DNA of 64,000 bases from Desulfomonilaceae bacterium. Lineage in GTDB: Bacteria > Desulfobacterota > Desulfomonilia > Desulfomonilales > Desulfomonilaceae. Of this stretch, positions 59,373 through 64,000 are shown one piece after another. The stretch spans positions 38,788-102,787 of the forward strand of contig JBAZSD010000012.1 in the NCBI GenBank assembly GCA_041662605.1. Direction: 5' to 3'. Numbering within the stretch: the first letter of the stretch is position 1; each line of letters begins with the position of its first letter. Below the pieces are notes generated by a model. That model was given only the letters and a program-made list of their open reading frames with translations, made no database searches and was not told the DNA's origin. Both the position numbers and the translations under genes were made by a program.

Positions 59373-59581
59373 GGAGATTCCGAACACGAAGCAACTCCCA
59401 TTTGACCAAGTCATAAATAATAATCCAACGCAAAAAAATATTAATGCTCATTTGAAAAATTTTCAATGGTTCCAGCGTTGAAGTAAAATAACTATTCCAA
59501 TAATAATCAAGCCGGTTGAAAGACTCATTTGTTTGATGTATGGGATTCAGCAGGCTCGGATGTTGTTTTATGGAGATTGCA

Positions 59582-60304
59582 ATGAAAATTTTGCTTAAAT
59601 TATCCTTTTCAATTTTGTTGACGTTACTTTTGGCGGGGCTTAGCGAAGCCGGCGGCCCAAAGATAAAGTTTGAAAAGCTTAGCCACGATTACGGCAAAGT
59701 TTCCAGCGGACAGAGTGTCTCCGCAGAATTTGAATTCCGGAACGAGGGAGACGCTACGCTAAAAATTGAAAATTTGACCGCGAGTTGCGGTTGTACGAAA
59801 GCAGTGGAAGGGAAAAAGGAAATCCCACCCAGAGGAACGGCAAAGATCTCGGCTCAATTCGACACAATCGGTATGAAAGCTGGGAGGAAACAAAAAACAA
59901 TCTTTGTGAAAACCAACGATCCCGTGACACCGGTGGTTAAGTTGACCCTTTATGCAGACGTGGTCAAAGAAATAAATGTAACGCCTCCATCTTTAAACAA
60001 GAAGGTCTCGTCTCTGGCGGACCCGATTGTTTTTCCGTTGAATATTACGGACACAGCGACCACAGGGTACAAGATATTTGACGCTGAAACCGTTGAAGGC
60101 GAAGGTCAGGTTTCCCTGGATCCTTCCAATGTCACACTCCAACCGAAATCAACTTCCCATTTAAAATTGATGTTGAAATTAAAACCGGAGCCAAACCGTT
60201 CTTTTTACGCCGGCAAGGTACGTTTAAAAACAGATCATCCGAGTGAATCTGAGATAGAAATACCTTTCCTGGTCAAACTCAATGATCCCAGAAGTAATCC
60301 CTGA
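59582..60304 (+). CDS. DUF1573 domain-containing secreted protein
   Basis: Signal peptide. Hallmark ASCGCT motif (LTASCGCTKA). ATG 59582. Confidence 0.7.
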   Translation: MKILLKLSFSILLTLLLAGLSEAGGPKIKFEKLSHDYGKVSSGQSVSAEFEFRNEGDATLKIENLTASCGCTKAVEGKKEIPPRGTAKISAQFDTIGMKAGRKQKTIFVKTNDPVTPVVKLTLYADVVKEINVTPPSLNKKVSSLADPIVFPLNITDTATTGYKIFDAETVEGEGQVSLDPSNVTLQPKSTSHLKLMLKLKPEPNRSFYAGKVRLKTDHPSESEIEIPFLVKLNDPRSNP

Positions 60305-60370
60305 AATCGGACATTTGCGCCGGCCAGGATTTTTCATGAAAGTCGGTGGATCTATTGGGATCACGATCAA

Positions 60371-60898
60371 TCAAAGAGTTGATTTCGCATTTTCCGTGAA
60401 ACATTGCTCACTCAGACTTGATTCTTCGCTAACTCTCGATCTGGCACGGAAGAAGTTGATCACCCGAAGCGTCTGATCGACCCCGTATTTCCACATTACA
60501 GCCGTAAGGGCGATGGAGATGGTCAAGACAGCCGCGGAAAACGTCAGAAGAAGGTAGCCTATCCATTTTCCGCCTATGCTGTTGTCTGATAGAGGGATGA
60601 TAAGAAACAATAACAGGAAAAATGAACGTGGTAGAGGCCCTAGTGCGGCCGCGAGCGTTTGGGCCACGTCAAGAATTTTTAGCGCTATTCGAAAGAACCC
60701 CCAAATGAAACCAATCAGGCATGAGAGAAAAACCAAAGACCTGATGATAAATACTGACGTTGAGGACAGTTCAAGGCCGGTGAGCAGAAAGTTCAATTGA
60801 AAAAATATCTGTAATTGAGAGAGGATATCCCATAAAGATTGCATGCGCCTACTCCCTGAAGGTTTTTTAAAATGTCCGGCGCGCTTACCGTCGGACAT
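60371..60898 (-). CDS. Hypothetical membrane protein (about 4 TM)
   Basis: ORF with four hydrophobic segments and no recognisable motif. Confidence 0.4.
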   Translation of the reverse strand: MSDGKRAGHFKKPSGSRRMQSLWDILSQLQIFFQLNFLLTGLELSSTSVFIIRSLVFLSCLIGFIWGFFRIALKILDVAQTLAAALGPLPRSFFLLLFLIIPLSDNSIGGKWIGYLLLTFSAAVLTISIALTAVMWKYGVDQTLRVINFFRARSRVSEESSLSEQCFTENAKSTL

Positions 60899-60914
60899 TT
60901 CAATAACTATGCGC

Positions 60915-60945
60915 TACTAATGTATATTAGTACATAATATTAGTA
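60915..60945. repeat. AT-rich inverted plus direct repeat (TACTAAT / ATTAGTA / ATTAGTA) in a divergent intergenic region
   Basis: TACTAAT (60915-60921), GTAT, ATTAGTA (60926-60932), CATAAT, ATTAGTA (60939-60945). It lies directly upstream of the minus-strand gene start at 60898. Confidence 0.5.
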
Positions 60946-61156
60946 TATAATCAAGACTGTTTGATCTTGTTGAGTATATAATTACCGCAAATGGTTGCTA
61001 ATACAGGATTATGAGTGTATTAATTCAGAACATCAAATCATTCTGAGGTAACGTTCGTCAACAGTTGATTGACAAACCTCGGGAGCGTTTCTAGACTGAA
61101 GCCTGATGATCCTTCGTTGACGAGGTCTTCGTGAGTTCGCTTTTGAGACTGAACAA

Positions 61157-62776
61157 GTGAATAAAACCCCTATTTCATACAAGACCAAGGCCGTTCTTCT
61201 ATTAATTGGAGCGATGATATTCTTTACTGTAGGTTGTTCGAGTTCAAATGACCACAGCCTGACTGAAGCTAGGAAATTGCTTGATAGCGGCCAATTGGAA
61301 AAAGCCGCTAAGGTTGTTGATGAACGTCTGAAACTTGACCCGAACAACAAGTTGGCTTTTTTCCTGAGAGGAAAGGTCAGAGACAGGTCGGAGGATTTAG
61401 ATCTTGCCCTTGAAGATTACAATAGGGCTTTGGAACTGGATCCAGGGTTCGTCGACGCACTCGAAGCCCGGGGTAGGCTGAAGATAAGGACAAGAGACTA
61501 TGATGGCGCTGAGGATGATTTGACCCATGTCTTGCAGACAGGGCGCCAGTCTGCGCAGTTGATCTCGTCGCTGGGGTTGGCTCACTTTTTCAAGAAAGAT
61601 TTTGAAGAAGCGCGTAGGCTTTTCGATCAAAGTCAGGCCATGGATGAAAGGCACGATGGAGCTTATTTTGGAAGAGCGGCCATCGACGTTGAAGAGAAAG
61701 ATTATCCGGCGGCCATCCAGGAATTGGATAGCCTGTTAAAATTCCACCCCAAGAATGCACAGGCCTTGTTTCGTCGTGGCTTCGCTCATCTTAAAGCGTC
61801 TGATCCTGAAAAAGCAGTGGCTGATTTTAATGTCGCCCTTGAATTAGATCCGGATTTGAAAGAAATCTACTGGTACCGAGCGGAGGCTAACAGAGTCCTT
61901 GGAAAACCCGAAAAGTCCTTGCAGGATTATGAAAAGGCGGAGGCGGCAGATCCCAACGACCCAATTCTATATTTGAATCAGGGAACAGTCCTGATGGCCA
62001 CCGGCCAGTATCCTGAAGCGCTTGAGAAACTTACTCGGTCGATCGTTCTGGACCCTGAAAACCCGTTGCCCTACATAAATCGGGCAGTGCTTCAGTTTGA
62101 CACCGGAAACCTTCTTGCGGCGCTGAGCGATCTGAATAAAGCTATCAAATTGAGGGATGATGATCCTCAACTGCTGATCAGGCGGGCTTACATCTTCAAG
62201 CTTATGGCCAGAGGCGATAGGGCAATAGGGGACCTGAACGCTGCGCTGACAACCGATCCAAAAAACTATCAGGCGCTTCTGCTCAGGGGTAGCCTTTATT
62301 ACAATCAGGAGCAATTGGATCGCGCCGTGCTGGATCTTGAAGAAGCCATAATTCAAAACCCAGAGGACCCTTCGGCTTATCAACTCTTGGCCGAGGCCCT
62401 TTTTCGTAAAGGCGAGAAGAAAGAAGCTCTGGATGAGGCGAATCTGGCCCTGAGAAAAGACGAAACATACATACCTGCGTTCATAACCATCGGGGATATT
62501 CATAAGTCTGATCTGAACTATGATCAGGCGATAGAAGCATATTCTAAAGTATTAAACCTCGACTCCGGCAATTTTGAGGCCAGACTCAAGCGGGCCAAGC
62601 TGTATGTGGAATTAAGAGATTTTTCCGAAGCTCTGGATGACCTGGACTCCGCTGTAAAGGTCAACCCATATAGCGGGGATGTTTACGCTCTTAGGTCCCA
62701 GTGCTATGACGCTCTTGGTGATCAGGAAAAAGCCAGGCAGGACACCTGGCGGGCCAGAGTGTTTGTAAATCGTTAA
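61157..62776 (+). CDS. Tetratricopeptide-repeat (TPR) lipoprotein
   Basis: GTG start. Lipobox FTVGCS. More than 10 consecutive 34-aa TPR-like units (A..DYN.ALELDP...). Confidence 0.75.
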   Translation: MNKTPISYKTKAVLLLIGAMIFFTVGCSSSNDHSLTEARKLLDSGQLEKAAKVVDERLKLDPNNKLAFFLRGKVRDRSEDLDLALEDYNRALELDPGFVDALEARGRLKIRTRDYDGAEDDLTHVLQTGRQSAQLISSLGLAHFFKKDFEEARRLFDQSQAMDERHDGAYFGRAAIDVEEKDYPAAIQELDSLLKFHPKNAQALFRRGFAHLKASDPEKAVADFNVALELDPDLKEIYWYRAEANRVLGKPEKSLQDYEKAEAADPNDPILYLNQGTVLMATGQYPEALEKLTRSIVLDPENPLPYINRAVLQFDTGNLLAALSDLNKAIKLRDDDPQLLIRRAYIFKLMARGDRAIGDLNAALTTDPKNYQALLLRGSLYYNQEQLDRAVLDLEEAIIQNPEDPSAYQLLAEALFRKGEKKEALDEANLALRKDETYIPAFITIGDIHKSDLNYDQAIEAYSKVLNLDSGNFEARLKRAKLYVELRDFSEALDDLDSAVKVNPYSGDVYALRSQCYDALGDQEKARQDTWRARVFVNR

Positions 62777-62787
62777 AGGACCTAAAA

Positions 62788-62829
62788 AAAGAGTCAGGGA
62801 CATGGCTGATTCCATATTCCTGACTCTTT
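62788..62829 (-). terminator. Rho-independent terminator for the PaaK-like gene (possibly bidirectional)
   Basis: Perfect 11-bp stem: AAAGAGTCAGG (62788-62798) pairs with CCTGACTCTTT (62819-62829), with a 20-nt loop. On the minus strand the stem is followed by TTTTTTT. On the plus strand it lies 12 nt after the TPR gene stop. Confidence 0.65.
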
Positions 62830-62905
62830 CCAAGCCGGCTCAGCAGAACTGGTTGGACTTAAAAAAACAGCGATTATCGGTTACGTACCGACACAATCCC
62901 AGAAA

Positions 62906-64000
62906 TTACCTCTCGTCGATGATTCTTTTTGCTTTCCCAATGCTGCGTTCAATAGTATCAGCAGGCACGATAGCTACAGGTACGTTTATTCCGATAACCT
63001 GATGAATCCTCTCGGAAATCCGTTTGGAGATGTTGTCCATCGTGTCTTTTCCCTGATCATATATGTTCTTCTTCAATTCGGTTTCTACGGTGATATGGTC
63101 TATGTAGCCTTTTTTGCGGAGTCTGATCTGGTATTGCGGTTCTACTTCAGCGAATTCCATGAGCACCGTTTCAATTTGTGACGGGAAAACGTTGACACCG
63201 CTTATGATCATCATGTCGTCAGAGCGTCCGAGGATTTTATCCATTGTAATGAGGGTTCGCCCACACTGACATTTTTCTTTTCTCAATGAACAGATGTCGC
63301 GTGTCCTATAGCGAATCATGGGCATTGCCCTTCTTTGCAAGGCTGTAAATACCAATTCGCCTTCTTCTCCTTCGGGCACAGGCTGCAGTGTTTCCGGGTC
63401 CACAATTTCAGGGTAGACATGGTCCTCATTGACGTGAATTTGGTAGTACTCACAAGTGAAGGAGACTCCAGGCCCCATCAATTCCGTAAGACCATAGTGC
63501 TCATAAGCGTGAATACCGCCACGACCTTCTATGTCACTACGCATCTCAACGCTCCACGGCTCCGCCCCGAAGTGACCAGTCCTCAATCCCGTTTTCTTGA
63601 AATCTACACCCATCTTCTCGGCCTTTTCTATTATAGTGAGGCAGTAAGAAGGAGTACAGCAAAGGGCCGTAGTGCCAAAATCCTGAATCAGCATGATCTG
63701 TCTTTCTGTCATGCCGGCGCCTGAAGGTACCACGGCGCAACCAACCCTGATTGCTCCCTGCAGGAATCCCAAACCCCCAGTAAAGAGTCCCATCCCATAT
63801 GCGTTTTGAAGAATACTATCCGGCCTTACTTCCTGAGCCCAAAGGCCTCTAGCCATGCACTCAGTCCATTGGTCCAAGTCCGCCGCCGTGTATGGGCCGG
63901 TAATCGGTTTGCCCGTAGTTCCGGACGAAGCGTGTATCCTGACTACGTCGGCCATTGGCACTGCGCACAGGCCGAAGGGATAGTTGTCACGCAAATCCGT
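62906..64000 (-). CDS. paaK: Phenylacetate--CoA ligase family (PaaK-like) adenylating enzyme (partial; N-terminus beyond the window end)
   Basis: RDNYPFGLCAVPMADVVRIHASSGTTGKP and the GY...E C-terminal ACT-like tail. The frame stays open to 64000. Confidence 0.8.
   Translation of the reverse strand, partial: TDLRDNYPFGLCAVPMADVVRIHASSGTTGKPITGPYTAADLDQWTECMARGLWAQEVRPDSILQNAYGMGLFTGGLGFLQGAIRVGCAVVPSGAGMTERQIMLIQDFGTTALCCTPSYCLTIIEKAEKMGVDFKKTGLRTGHFGAEPWSVEMRSDIEGRGGIHAYEHYGLTELMGPGVSFTCEYYQIHVNEDHVYPEIVDPETLQPVPEGEEGELVFTALQRRAMPMIRYRTRDICSLRKEKCQCGRTLITMDKILGRSDDMMIISGVNVFPSQIETVLMEFAEVEPQYQIRLRKKGYIDHITVETELKKNIYDQGKDTMDNISKRISERIHQVIGINVPVAIVPADTIERSIGKAKRIIDER

Noticed and set aside
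1-64000. CRISPR arrays, tRNA/rRNA genes, transposases, integrases, prophage or toxin-antitoxin/defence modules
   Set aside because: I saw no regularly spaced direct repeats, no cloverleaf-compatible sequence in the intergenic regions larger than 150 nt, and no ORF with DDE, tyrosine- or serine-recombinase, or typical defence-system motifs. Absence was judged by eye only, so small ncRNAs cannot be excluded.

Overview
64-kb chromosomal window from a diderm, probably anaerobic bacterium. The gene content is Desulfobacterota-like (LptF/G, IorAB, PaaK, ApbE, TrmFO, RmuC), GC looks moderate by eye, and TTG/GTG starts are frequent. I count about 50 protein-coding genes and found no rRNA, tRNA, CRISPR array, transposase or integrase by eye. 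All family calls come from motif recognition on the translated ORFs, because no searches could be run.

The window falls into three blocks:
1. 1-13.4 kb, an envelope-modification island. It holds three GT-C (ArnT/PMT-like) membrane glycosyltransferases, two membrane-anchored SGNH-like proteins, a PAP2 phosphatase and a SAM methyltransferase. These flank an LptF/G permease and a large GAF protein.
2. 13.4-35 kb and 51-64 kb, mostly housekeeping genes: gyrA, nadD, rsfS, rseP, tsaB, rmuC, iorAB, cbiMQO, rlpA, trmFO, xseA, tat, and a partial paaK.
3. 35-51 kb, a candidate unusual-lipid or polyketide locus. A single 2631-aa megasynthase has the domain order degenerate NMO-like barrel, NMO-type ER, KS, AT, ACP, KR, DH. 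It is translationally coupled to an Sfp-type PPTase and followed by a B12-binding radical SAM enzyme. A decayed thioester-reductase-like pseudogene sits upstream, and IHF, MATE and EmrAB-like genes follow downstream.

The PKS/PPTase/rSAM operon is the best candidate for an undescribed system. The second notable observation is that gyrA carries an in-frame TGA exactly at a conserved Gly/Ala codon (AHILE-[TGA]-LKIAL), although TGA is an ordinary stop elsewhere in the window.
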